64,000 bases of DNA, taken from positions 73,532,001-73,596,000 of the forward strand of contig OZ287751.1 in assembly GCA_965649765.1 (NCBI GenBank). Direction: 5' to 3'. The position numbers were made by a program, and so were the translations under genes. This stretch comes from Bispira polyomma (lineage: Eukaryota). The notes under the pieces are model-generated. The model searched no databases, was not told the DNA's origin, and was given only the letters and a program-made list of their open reading frames with translations. Shown here one piece after another: positions 12,266 to 26,900 of this stretch; the first letter of the stretch is position 1, and each line of letters opens with the position of its first letter.

Positions 12266-12882
12266 AGTTGTATCCACCAGAAAACTACGGTGGATACATT
12301 GGATTACACTTCATTACGCTGCCGCGTTTGTGTGTGTAGAGATTTTACTGTTACCGCTCTCCTGGAAAAATTTCTATACCTAGACTCCTGAAATTTACAG
12401 GAAATGTTCTTTATTACAAAAACTTGCCTGAGTAATTTTTGGCCTCTTTTTGAAAAACAAGATTGCCGCCACAGGTGTTTCTTTGGAAATAATCAGGCTT
12501 TTAACCGTCTGTTTCTCAGCTGTGGAAGGTTGAATCTTTTTACGGGCATACGTCCTGTATAAGCATGCAGAGCAAACTTAAAACTGCATATATCTCACTT
12601 GATATTACTCCTGGAGGTTCAGGATCTGAAACTAACCTATGGGAAATCATAGAAATATTTTGTGGTGGTCAGATTCGACCTTGGACACCTTGTGCAATGT
12701 CAAACGGGTAGGCCAAACTTTAAAGTGCCTATCCCACAGTTTTTATTGTCCCACAGGTTTGCAATGTGAAACCCACTTATGCCTTTCAAGGCTTTAGCAT
12801 AAATGCCCTATAGAAAATTATAGGCTTCTAGCTTTGGTGCTTGTACCTATGGTGCTTTATCTTTCCGGTGGATACAAATATG
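12266..12882 (+). mobile_element. Second, shorter copy of the Helentron-like element, lacking the terminal hairpin
   Basis: Colinear reverse-complement similarity to 53678-54705; ends TTGTATCCACCAGAAA ... TTTCCGGTGGATACAA. Confidence 0.75.
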
Positions 12883-15800
12883 TATAGGCTCTTTGATTGG
12901 CTAAATCTAGTTAAATTTATCTTTACTTGAAGAATCTGCAATTTTGACTTCTTTTTGAGCATATCATTGCATAGTTAATTTAGGAGGGATTGGGAGGCGA
13001 TTTACCACCTTTGTAATAAATTACCACAAGAGAAAAAGATTCCCCAAAGAATTCTGTTAATTACGCAAAGTAAAACCAGTGAAATAACAACTTTTTAATT
13101 CTGCATAATACTTTTATTCATGCATAGCAGAATAACAAATTTTTTTTCCTCAAAATGTAAAATATCTCCTATACATCAGTAATTTGTAAAAAAAAAAAAA
13201 GAAAAGGCAAGAATTATTAAAAAAACTTTTAATTTTTGGAACCTTACTTTTATCTTAATGTGCTTTGACTTGTATTACTTTAAACAAAAGAACTCTAATA
13301 TAACATGTATTATAATAATAAAAATTATTAAAACCTAAAACACATAACATTATCAATGAAATATACTTAACAAACAAAAAATTAAAAAAAAAAAATTATA
13401 TCTAATATCACTACTTGCCAAAACTAATTGTACACTATGTATAACACTCCCATTGTTATCACCAATACCACTCTTTGACACAATTCTATCCCCCAATTAG
13501 TAAGGTGACTCTACATTTTAACACCTTGGACCTACAGGAACTGCAAATTGATTGTCCATGTTTGTATTTTAACAACAAACACGCTACTACTGCTTTTAAT
13601 TCTCCACTATTTTTTCACCATTACTTTCAATTTCCTACAATTGATAGTAAACCGTTTTGCTACTGTCACCAATTTCACCATTACAGAAAACCAAAAATCT
13701 AATATTTTAAATGACCTCTAAGGAATATTCTAAAATGTTGAGTCTTTACAAAACCATAGAGGTAATTTCTATTTAGTCATATCAGAAGCTGAAGTGATAA
13801 AAAAAAAAAAGAATATTTCGACAGAAATATTTTAAGCATCAATAACAGTGATTGTAATCTTTGTAAAAGTCCCTCTGTTTCTCCTAAATCTTTTCTTTCC
13901 ATTTTAGTATATTTCCCAATCACAGAATGACACCAGATAGCAAAGATGACCTTCACACACACAACAAACAGTGAGTGTATACTAAACCTCTAAAACGACT
14001 CAACATCTACTTGTTCCTCTATAGATCTACAGTTTAATAGCAAAAAAAAAAAAAAGAGAAAAACAAAATCAATATAAAAGTGTGAGAGAATACATCATAA
14101 TGTACTTGTTGTCTGTACAAGGTGTTAATGAAACTGAATACACAGTCCAAACTGGGAATAATGGGAATAAAGACGACCCCCCCCCCCCCCCCCCCCCCCC
14201 CTCGTAAGGCCATAATGTGGTCTTTGTAAACAAGTCGTCTTTTTAACTATAAGAAAACAGTAGGAAATGGTTTACGTTGACTGGGGGGGTCTTTATGGAG
14301 AAGTGGTCGCTTTATACAGGTGGTCCTTCAAACATGATTCAACTGTACTCAGTCACTCATTCTATATGGTCATTTTATATTAATTTTTTAGTATTCATTA
14401 CTAGTCATTAGTACTTTTTTTTCACCTTTTTAATACACAGCTGAAAACCACTTATTATCTGAACTTCTAATATCCAACAATTCAATTTTTCAAATGACTA
14501 TTTTACTTTCCAACACTATTACATTGAAATGCCTCTTTATTTTTATTGAACCTATCATTCAAACCAATTCTTGCTCTACAGAAATGTTCAGATAACTGGG
14601 GTTCTACTATATTTTATATTATCACACTCCAAAACTCTCTATACTGTATAACTCATTTTTAAACCATGGGGATTTTACTAGTAAAATGGTGTTAAAAGCA
14701 ATAAGGTCTTTCTAAACACATAACGCGTGTTCATTTTATTGGAAATACATTATGTGTAAGTGTAATAATACATATACACAGATTTTACAGGAAAGAAAAA
14801 AAAAAAAAAAAACAGATTAAAAACGTAGTTATATATCTACAGTATAAGCAGGTAACAAAAAAACCTTTGCGTGAAGAATACACAGAACTGTACAAAATAT
14901 AACAAAATGTTTTTACGTTCACAAAGCAGTACCGTTGCAAAGATACTGAGTTAACATGTAACTAAAAAACTACTGCACTTTTCTAACTGACACTATTTTA
15001 TATACACAAAAAAGGGTAGTTAGGATATACATCTCATCATTGGATTATACACAGAAACATTTGGGTGTGAAAACCAATTAAACACACAAGAAGTCAATCT
15101 GGTTCGATCCATTATTGTGTGGCCTGTGATTTTTGGAAGATACAAAAAAACAATATATATATATATGCCACTAGTAAGTGAACATTGCACTGACGACATA
15201 GCAAACGGAGAAATGTGCATGAACTCTAATGTGTAGTTTTAACAATTTTCAGACATTTTGTTAAATAACTAATTTGTTAGTAGTGCAAGTAACTTCTCTA
15301 TAATCACTCTAGTAATATAGGATCAGAGCTTCAACTTGTTCGGGTAGGTTTTCCCTGTAGTTAAGAGTAAGAAATTTAACTTTTATCACCTCTACAATAT
15401 TTGGTTATTTAAAACTTTATATCACCATGGGCAGTATACTAATGGAATTTTTTATTCATTAGACTTTTTAAGTCATTTTCAACAGTTTAGGTCATATTAC
15501 GACTTACTATTACGATTTAATGGTATGAGAAACAAGTGCTGAGGCACTGTAAACTACTGACCTACAAAGTAACTCAATCCATTTGCCACATGAAAGAATG
15601 AACAGGATTCAAACCCACATTGGTGAGAGGCCAGAGATTGTGAAGCAAACAATTCTGACCACTAGACCACATTCAACTGTTAAAAAGTTTTCTTACATTT
15701 TATCACTTGGCTAACTCACTACAAAATGTGGCAAATTTTAAATTCCTTACTCTAAACCTAATGGGAAAATAATAGGATCAAACTATGCAATATAATAACA

Positions 15801-17779
15801 TTTATTGCATCCGACAGAAAATGCATACTGACACAAAATGCTACTTCAACACAAGACAACACAGGGTTACTTGTTAAGAGCTGTGGTTTTTACTTTTTAC
15901 AAACACAAGGCCCGTTTATGTAATAGATCAAAACTAGTCAAATAGGAGTCAACCACCGTTTGTAAAAGAGACACGCAATATACATAATTCTATGATTGAA
16001 TAAAAAGTATAAACTGTGCATTGTTTACAAATTAGGACTTCTTCGTACCCTCCTATCGTAATATCTTTAATAACAAAGGACTTATATTTTCCATTAACTC
16101 CTTAAGACACTCTCACATATAAAAAGATGACGTACATAGAACAACATCAGCACCTTTTTTTTATTGATAAATACACGAATTAACAACACAAAACGTCTTC
16201 TACGAAAATATATGTGTTCAGACATTACAGCTCTATTTGATCTATATTTACAAGAGTGGTCCGTTTCTTCTGGTATACTAGATTATAAACTCCACTATGC
16301 CTGCACCGCATTAAGTAATGCTTCTGATCAAGAACTACTTCAACACACTTAGGAAATCGATATGTTTGGTTTCTCTATTTATTACTCTGCAGAATGTTAA
16401 CAGTACAACATTTGAAGATGTTTAACAGGAATACTTGAGAAGTAGTCATGCAGTTTGGTAATCTATTTAATAACGACCTGAAACATGTGTATCTAACTTC
16501 AAATGTTAAAATATATAAACAAGCGTACGTATAAATGTGCAATAGAGCTAAAAACGTTTTATTAACTACATAGTACATACAAAAAAAAAGCAGTCATTAC
16601 TGTGCTTAGAATGAGTAATCTAAAATTTGCCGCGGTGTCTGAAATTCGCCAACTACAAAATGTTGTGTTTTGGGTAGAATTGTGGGTAGTATTTGCTGAA
16701 ATTGAGATTTTTGTGACTATTTGCTCAATTCCAGTTATTTTTTGCCATTTTTTTTTTATTTGGCTTCAAGTTTAGGGGTGGTGAACTTTAGATTCCTTAC
16801 TCTATATAACAAGTAAAGTATGTAGTAAGCTCCAGGAAGTACACGTAACATCTTGTGAATGTAAGCACAACATTCATTTTTGCTATTTTATGGGACTAAA
16901 TCAGACCATCGCCCGATCAGATATCAAAAAAACTAGTTTCAGTATCTTTTGTTGAGGTATTGCTACACATAAATGTATGTTATAATACACATCTCTAAAG
17001 ATTGATTATAGTTGAACAAAAGACACCTATTTACAGATTCCAAGACACGTAAAAACCTGTACAATAAAAATGGCAGTTGACTCATCCAACACAGATTTGT
17101 TTATTTTTTTAACACTTATTCATACATTGCCGTACTGTGGAGTATATTTAGGTCCATTTTGTAACAATTACCATAATAATAGGACATATTTTACATTTAA
17201 AAGGCTTTCCATAGAAACAAAGTAACAGATCGTCCACTTTAAACTGTAAATCTAATACCAGTAGAAAATGTAAATCTTTTTCTCGAAAATCACTTTTTAT
17301 TTACTAAATCAACTCTATGTCAACGGCATATTTACAACTATGAAATCAACAGCTGCTCTGAAGTTCTCCTCATTTCTAAAACGTTAGGCCAATCAACAAT
17401 GTTTGTTTTTTTTACAATAAATCTTTTTGATTTATTTAAAGAGCTTCCTTTTTTTTGCCATCATTTCTTAGTATCGGAATAAAACCTCTCCAATTACTAA
17501 GGCAGGCCTTAAATTAATTAACACACAAAATTGCAATTCCCTATGGTTTTTCAAGAGAATTACACTTATATCATCTAATCATTATGTCTCCAGATTTACT
17601 AGCACCAGAATGACCCTTTTTATTTTTTTCTAAACTATCATCCTTATGAATCATCCTTTTTATAGAACAAACAAATTACAAAACTTAGATATCTTTTACT
17701 ATCTTTTGTCTCTATAACAATCTATATATGTTGCTGCTTTTCATTTTGTTTCGTCATTTCACCATAAATTGGTAGACAT

Positions 17780-17967
17780 TTAAGAACAGCTGACATGGAA
17801 GGGACTGCCCGGCACATCTTTGTCGCCATACCTCACCACGATCACGTAGTCTCCTGCCTCCTCCAGTTTGTAGCTCACGTTATAGATACGTCGACCCATA
17901 TGTTTGACCACGACCTCCTGACACGGTATAGTGGGGCCCATGATACCCACTAGGAGCATGTTAAACC
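17780..17967 (-). CDS. Filamin terminal coding exon, dimerisation repeat ([11 protein letters not shown]...FHVSCS*)
   Basis: acag|GG ... TAA. Confidence 0.92.
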
Positions 17968-20900
17968 CTGTCAAATACAAAGAGTTATCTACAGATCTGT
18001 GTACTGGGGGCCATGATACCCACTAGGAGCATGTTAAACCCTGTCAAATACAAAGAGTTATCTACAGATCTGTGTACTGGGGTCTAGGATACCCACTAGG
18101 AGCATGTTAAACCCTGTCAAATACAAAGAGTTATCTACAGATCTGTGTACTGGGGCCCATGATATCAAATAGGAGCATGTTAAACCCTGTCAAAAACAAA
18201 GAGTTATCTACATATCTGTGTACTGGGGCCCATGATATCAAATAGGAGCATGTTAAACCCTGTCAAATACTAAAGAGTTATGTAGGAGTGTACTGGGGTC
18301 TAGGATACCCACTAGAAGCATGTTAAACCCTATCAAATACACAGAGTTATCTGCAGATCTGTGTACTGGGGGCCCATGATACCTACTAGGAGCATGTCTA
18401 TAACAACAGTTATAGACATGTCTCAGCCAAATAGTTCTAGCGGTTTTACACTTTGATTTGTACTCTATAATTAAAATATCAGGTTACTAAGCACACTACA
18501 ACTACTGACCAGTCTAAGAGGCGTCCACTTGGAACGTCTGCTCCTTGTTGACAAAGTCCCACAATATAAGTGTTACAAATTAGAGCTATAAACAGGTAAC
18601 CGGTGATCGGCTTGCGGCGAGATATTTTAATACCGTCGGGTACATCTGTACTATTTGGAGTCCTTGAGACATCTTTTAAAACAAATACAAACTACCTGTT
18701 TAATATGGGTGTTTTTTTCATCAAAACAATAGCTTTGGTCTAATTTTTGCAGCTAATACGTTGGTTTTTTTCTTATAGCTACGTGTTCCTCATAATTTCC
18801 AATATTACCCCACATATTTGCTAGCTTTTGTTTGCAAGACTTTGTTTACATCAGCCGCTATATTGCTAGACTGGTTTCTAAGATTGGTGGATACTAAATT
18901 TATGGGAACCCAGTAGAAATGAGTTAATTCCGACTATACCCCACACAAGAGCCGTCAACTAAGCACACTACTAGCACTGACCAGCGTTAGAGGTGTCTAC
19001 TTGGAAGGTCTGTTCCTTGTTGACAAAGGCCCTCGTCAGTCCCGCCCCTCTGCAATTCACTTTGGTAGCGTCAGATTCGGCCACCTGTTGTAAAGCTGCA
19101 TAGTTCTGTGTGGTGGTCGACTTGGTGACTGTCTCCACGACTACCTGGGACTGCTCCGTCCACGCTCCAGGGTGAATCTTACCCGGACCTGTAACCATGG
19201 GCAAAAGAGTTTCAGATAGTTCTCTTATTAGCTGGTTTGTGTTTGTTTGTGCATATGTAATTGAAACACTCCAGTGAACCATAAACATACAGTAGAACCT
19301 CCATTATCGGAACCAGTTGGGGGGAGCAAGATGTTGTTTGGATAATAGAAGGGGTCGTAAATAAAAGAGGCCTTTCTGTATCAAACTATAGGAAAACCTT
19401 AACTTGGGAGAGTGGAAATGAGTCCATAAAATTGAATATTCAGATAATACAAGTTTAGACAATAGTGGCTCTACTGTTCTGGCTTTAATAATTAAACTAT
19501 AAATAATCCCTACTTCTTAAGACATGTATTTACACAATGTTAATAAACAATAGTTTTATCGGGGTTTTTTTTTTGTGAGACATAGAAGAATTTTTATTCT
19601 CTTAATGGCTTTAAAGTTTTATATTTCCTTTTTATCCTAAAAGTCAAAAGAAAAAAATGACTTTTACATTCTTAACAAATGGAAGTCTAATATTATAATG
19701 TCATAAAAAAAATACTGTGTTAACTTGGAGACCAATATATGAAATTGTTGATAAAATAATGACACATTAATTTGTTTTTTTCACAAGTTGGAGATATGGG
19801 TGTAGCTAGATGTGCCAAATATGATTCACCTCCTTAGACACAGTCAAAACAAAGGTTTCTCCTGGCAGTCAATTCATTTTAGAAACATTTGACCTGTTAT
19901 TGCCCTAAAATCAATTTTTAATACATATACTAAATATTTGTCACTGTGGCTCAACATTGTTACACACGTTTGACCATTACTTAGCAATTGCAGTATATTC
20001 TAACCACTTCGTTCTTTTAGTATTCGCCAAACAGGGCAGTAAAATGTAAAAATTGCCAGTCGCAAGAGATATTACACAAGTTGATGTTCAATATTAATTG
20101 ACTATATACACACGTTATTCTTTCAGAGAAGCGAGTATTACATTGTTTTATTGGTTCTTATTAAAATTGTTTTTATTAAATAATCAAAGTTCATAGCCGT
20201 ATACCCTTTAAGAATAATCATATATTTGTCGTATGGTCAACTCACTCATTGCGCGGTCTACCTAAATACAACACATGATAGACTTAGTGCAATGTAAACC
20301 AAAGTGCATACACACATATATCACTGACATCAAATGTAGCCAAAGAGTGCCTACTTCTAAAATATTAACTTAAAACAAGTGTGGAACAAGTTTCTGCAAA
20401 TATAACGGCAGAAAAATAAAAGTCAGGAAAAACTTGTAATGTGAAAGATGTGGGGCTTAGGCATCAACTTAAAGAGAAAATAAACAAGTTTTTAAAATTA
20501 CAAGTGTCAAACTGACAAAAAGAAGATATTTTGTTAATAAAAAGTTGATAGGTGAAAAGGAACAGTAAACAAACCAATTCAAAAATGTCTTCTGATCAGA
20601 ATTCGAGTCACAAATTTAAAACATTTCTTGTCCCCATTTAAACCTTCTCAAAATGTTCAAATTCAACACCCCCCATATTTTACCCCTATATGACACCTCT
20701 GTATTATTGTAAATTAGGATGTAAAGTAGATGTTTAAGATTAAGTTTATCTACTTTGTGTTTGCTTAGTGTTGTAACAGTTAGGTTCAAGTTATTTCAAG
20801 TTACTTCAAACAGACACAATTATTTCAGCACTAGTAAATGTCAATGCAGCAGGTGTAAATTTAGTACTCAACTACATGGTATTGATTTATGGTCATCCAT

Positions 20901-23900
20901 ATATTTGATCTCATGTATGTACATGTAGTTACATTAATTTGTTTGCATTGTGTACTGTTTTTAAAGTGCTATATAAGCTCACACAGGGCTGGGTAACTTG
21001 TTTTCTCAATTTATTTATGTAAAATACATGTCACTATAACAAATAAATCTAATAAAAGTTATTATTTACCAGAGATTATCACAAAGGGTGCTTTACAAAA
21101 ATATTTAATGTATGTAATAACTTCAACAAATATACCAACAACCTAAATTCTACCTGTGTAACTAACTGTTTGTGCTGAACATTTGACAATAGTAAATAAA
21201 TGATCATGACACTTGCACCATATGACAGAGACAATGTCTTGTGGATCCTTATATTACTTTATAATAACTAAACATTGTACAAGATAAAAGAGAAGATCAA
21301 ACATCGAACATCCAACAAAATAAATAGGAAAATACTTAAGAAAAATTCTATATAAAATGTACCATGCAAATGCCCCTTGACACTATTTGGGGCTTTTTAT
21401 ACCTTTCTGTTTGACTATCAGATTTTTTTTTATTAATTCCAGTCTATTATTGGAGCCTTCATTGATGTTGTCATAATCTAAATAACTGGGATTGAGTCCA
21501 TACAAAGCGCTGGCTGCAAAGGCAAGGACCAGTCAATATAAGGTTACACTGAAAATACCCTACATTGTCCTGTTTTTATACCTTGATATATATATATTTA
21601 TTTATTTTATTGTGGGGGGATCCAACAAAGTTCAAACAAGGTCACATGTAACTAGATGTTTTAAAAATTATTTTTCGACAACATTACCACAATTTTCATG
21701 GGGGGTATAGGATAGCCTGACTGGCAGTCAACCTGTATAGCATGATCTCAGTGTAGAGACTTCTCTCTAAAATCAGATTACGGCACTTAATGTAATGCAA
21801 AAAGGACCTCTATGAGAATGGTGATATGTAGCACATATTACCTTTATGCCCTGGTTATAGTAGAGACAATTTTTTATCTTTCTCTTGGGAAGTCTGTACA
21901 TTGGACTTTGACATTTATATTTGATAATTACAAAAGTCCATTTTGATATTAAAAAAAAAATTCTCTTTAGGTGTTATAAACTAATCGTCTGCTTACAATA
22001 CCTCTTCAATAGGACTATAATAATACAAATACTTGAAGAAATACACAGTCAGAACTTGCACAAGGTTAAGACCTCCTCAATTAAAATTTCTAATATAACT
22101 GGTTGTATGTAACTTAAAAAACATTGCGTAACTGGATGCAGTTATTTTTAATACTCATATTGAGCAGTGTGTGAACTTCGCGGAATAAGTGTGGTGGCCC
22201 TTTGGGCCACCAGATTTAATAGCTTGGTGGCCCGGATTAGAATCAGGTGGCCCAATACTTGGTAATGAAAAATTAAGCTATAAAATGTTTTTTAGAATAT
22301 GACTTAAATTTTTTAATGCATAATAAATTATACATTGTGTAATTTAAAAAAAAATTGGCTAAAAATTTATCAGCCCCTTGGCAAGAAGGGTCGAGTTGAC
22401 TGTAAAACACTGAATTTGAAATTTAATAATTAAGCAAGCCCAGTCATTTTAACCCCAAAGTGAGCGCCATGGGATGGACTAAAAATTTATTTATATACAT
22501 TGTATGTTTATTTTCAATGAGGGGGCGAGAGGGGTCGAGTTGACTGTGAAAAACTGAATTTGCACTGAATTCGAAATTTAAAAAATAAGCAAGCCCAATT
22601 ATTTATCCCCAAAGAAAGGCCACAAGATGGGCCGAAAATATATTTATTTATATATTTATTTCAAGTAAGGGGGCCAGATGGGTCGAGTTAACTGTGAGAC
22701 ACTAAATTTGCACTGAATTGAAATTTAAATCAAAGCAAGCCCAGTTATTTAACCCTAAAAAGAAGGCCACAAGAATCAAGATGGGCCGAAAATTTATTTA
22801 TTAAAATATTTATTTTGAATGAGGGGGCCAGAGAGATTGAGTTGACTGTGAAACACTAGATTTGCACTGAATTCGAAATTTAAAATTAAAGCAAGCCCAG
22901 TTATTTAACCCCAAAGAGAGGGCCACAAGATGGGCCGAAAATTTATCAGCCCCTCTTATTTATCAGCCCCGAAAATTTATCAGCCCCTCTTATTTATTTC
23001 GAATGTAGGAGCAGGAGGGGTTAAGTTGACTGTAAAACACTGAATTTGGAATGAATTTGAAATTTAAAATTAAAGCAAGTCCACTTATTTAACCCCAAAG
23101 AAAGGGCCACAAGATGGGGTAAAAATTTGAAAATTAAAGCACTAGCACAGATGAAGCTAGTCGGTTAGCGGTGAGAGCACTGGGCGATAATAGATGAATT
23201 TAGTAAAATATGCATAAAATTTGCTTTTAATTCGAAAGTATAAAGATCACATACAAAACTACTTACAAATATATAAAATCTTCATTTTATTTAACAATAA
23301 GAGGGTTTCTCATCCATATCCCTGCTTTTCAATAAAATAAAAAGTTTCACGGTAAAGTTTTGTCTGCGCTTGCGCGCCGAAGAAAAATGGAACAGTCTGG
23401 TACCCATATTATACTGTTAGCGCGTGTAGCAAAAAAAAAAAATCGAAGCCCCGGAAACAAGGTGGCCACACAGGCCACCAAAATTTGAAAGGAAGTGGCC
23501 CTTCCTATAAAGTGGTGGCCCCGGGCCACAGGGCCACCGGCAATTTCGCACACTGATATTGAGGTATTTTACAGGGGGATTACTATTATTAATACTTGGG
23601 CATTATAAAACTATTACACTTTAAACATTACACAATCTACATTAAAATTAATGACATCACCTTGGTTTTAATGTTCCAGAAACACATTTTGTTTTCTGGT
23701 GGGAAACCCTTTATCCTACCATTCTACCACTGACAGTTGAAAAGTGACAGGATAAAACTTAAATACTATATATCACATTATTAAATTGATATAAAACTCA
23801 ATCAACCAATGCAAATGACAGAGCTTCCAATCATAACACATAAACTGTCTTAAAGTGGGTGACTTATGGCCTAGTCTTCATCTCGTATTATATATTAGAT

Positions 23901-26900
23901 CACACCTACTTCATCACCCCACCTATCCACCCTTAAAGTGGATTGCATATGGACTAGTTTGAACCTTGTATTTTATTAGATCAAACCTATTTCACCTCTC
24001 CATCTGAAGCATGTTCTTACCTTCGATGTGTGCTTTGAAGGGGCTGCAAGGGATGTGCATGTTGCCTGCATACTTGATGGTGATCAGATAGTCTCCAGGT
24101 GTGGAGGGTGTGTATGTGAACTCATAGCCCTCCTCCACCTCTCTACAGTTCAGTTGGACCTTGGACGGCCCATCCACCGTCACTGCCAAGGCCCCAGAAC
24201 CTGCATTCTGAGTGTTCACTATGAACTTGCACTGCTGATCTAGAAACGACCAAAGAGTTTCCTGATTATTGGTAATACAGTAGAGCCCTTATGATCCAAA
24301 TTACCAAAATCCCCCAGATATAATAACAATATGGAAAACCCCACAGGATTTGGATTGGCCGATTACATAAAACCACTAAATATTTCCACAGGAAGTAGCA
24401 TTTCATAAGCCGATTATTGAATTCCATGCTTACTATATGTTTAAATTTGCATCCATCAAATATGTCTCCTCATTAAAGGCCCATCACAAATAACAGTAAC
24501 TGTAGTATCTTGTTATATATATTTTTAAAGCAAGCTGCACTAATATTTTGTTAACATTTTAGTTTTAAAAGCACTTTTTATTTTCTTCATGTGGTTCAGT
24601 GTGTTGGACCATAGATATGTACTTTATACAAATATTACAACTATGCAGGTACCCAGATTCGTACATCCGTATTACCCCGGTGCACCTACTTACCCAATGT
24701 TATATTTAGATTAAGCCAATCAACCATATTCACAAAGTTTAATCAACCACTAAAATTCATTAATACAAAAAAATTCAAAAAGATAAAGAATCTCTGAAAA
24801 TACCACAGCTGTAGTAGTTAATGTTAAAATTATTGTCATAAAATAACATTTTTTTTTAAATTTATTTTTTTTGAAAATTCTCTCACTATTGGCACAATCA
24901 ATTGCTACAATCTCATCAGCCAAACATATTAGCACACTAAAATGATCACTACGCACTTGTTTTTCCCCTGCTCAGTCCATCCCCGTAAGCTCTGACCAGA
25001 CTGGCGTCTGCGTCCTGTTGGCCCACCGGTACTCTGAAGGGACTGCCCTGGATGTGCTGGCCGTTCAGACGCACGTGGATGTAATGCATACCGTTCTCAC
25101 GGGGGATAAAGTTCACAGCATAGCGATCTGAAGGACACACAATAGAGGTTGTTACATCTCTAAACAGGTTGGTGCACACAGTGTGGATACTCGTACATTA
25201 AGGAGAAATATACGTTAACATACAAAGCATCCAATAAATATAGGTCAGCCCTGTAATGAAGGAATAAAACAGAACATGAAGAAATATTGTACTAGTCAAC
25301 CCCCTTTAAGTAGAACTCTGTTAACTCAATTTCTCTTTTATGTGAAGTGAAATTTAAGGTCCCACAAAGGCACTTTCTTCAAAAATCTACCCTGTTAAGT
25401 CTTGTCTCTCGAGGTTTGACTTAAAGGGGTTCAACTGTATAGTGATACACCACAATGCAATTGTACAGTATTAATGCACTAGTTGGAATGAAATTGAACT
25501 AATTTCTACTCTTTCTCAAACCTTGTCGTCTTTTTTATTAATAACAGATCAATTTTGAAAAAGCAGTAGCTTTAGAGGCGTATTTTAAACCAATCATACT
25601 TATTATTAAAATTTGCAGAAAACAAAGCTTTAAAATGGTTATACTAAACTTGTACAGCATTCTATACACGATACGGCTTGCCATATTTATAAACAACAAA
25701 CTATCTACACTGGAGATCAATCAGTTAAACTCCTCATGGTTTGAAGATTAAAGTTATAAAAATTGTTATTGTGCAAATCAAATTTATTAGTTTGTGTAAA
25801 ATCTGTGTCTTCGATGAAGTAAATAAATGAAAGAAAATTATTTAATAATTTAATCCAACTACAGGACAACAATAATAAACTGACACAATATGTGTGAAAT
25901 GTATAATTAATATTCTTCTGTAAGTCAGCGTCAAATTTAACTGAACAAAAATAAAGGTTAAAAGTGTATTAAATATGAATTCAAGAAACAGAATTACAAT
26001 ATAATATGTTCAACAAATAATAGTGGTAAAAACAATTTAACAAAACCAAAATTTTCTCAAAAACAAAAGTAATAAATCTCAATTTTTGTTAAACTTTTTT
26101 TTCTTTTTTTTTTTCTAATTGCAGTCAGCATTTCTTGGGGTAACCAGAAATGCAAGTAGCTTTTCTCATATACTTTCTGTGTTGGGATTTAAAAAAATAA
26201 TAAAGAACCATGTGTACGAGAATTGTGCATCTGTATTAGTGGGTATATGGTTATTAATATCGCCAGTATTTAAGGGTTTTGGCTCGTTAGCGTCGATATC
26301 GATGTGTAAAATATCCATACTGCTGTCATACATAAAACATATTTCACCACCGGGCAAATTTTATACCATAAATATAATGGCATTTTACATAATTTACACC
26401 TTTTCCCATATTAGAACACATTAAAGCTATCTTTACTTGTAAATAACATTTTTACAACTTAGCCGTTTCCATTTCCCTGTTTCATTCGGGGCATACTTAT
26501 TTTTTGATAAAAAGTTCCTGTATTTGGTACATCCCGACACCAGCTGATATTTGCATAATTTTGTCTTTGATATCAATCTTATGGCACATAAACCATTTAC
26601 CCACAAATCTATATTAACTAGGTTTTTTTACCTGATTTCTTCTTTTTACCTAGAGACACGATCATCACAACATGTAGATTAGACAACAAACTAAGTTCAC
26701 ACATTGTGCTTTTCAACAAACTTCTCAAGGATACTAAGCCTAGATATACAGTTCTTTTACATACTTCTGACCTCCAATTTTTGGTTAATTTGGATACAAC
26801 AATGGTTACAGGATGACAAAAGAAAATAAACTAATGACCCATGCTCTATTACCCATAAAGTTCTGTTTTTTTAAAAGTTTAATGTCCTTTCTAAGTTATA

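Noticed and set aside
17934-18397. Regularly spaced repeats resembling a CRISPR array (also 27768-28405 and 31005-31188)
   Set aside because: No unique spacers, eukaryotic context, and units are copies of adjacent splice junctions.
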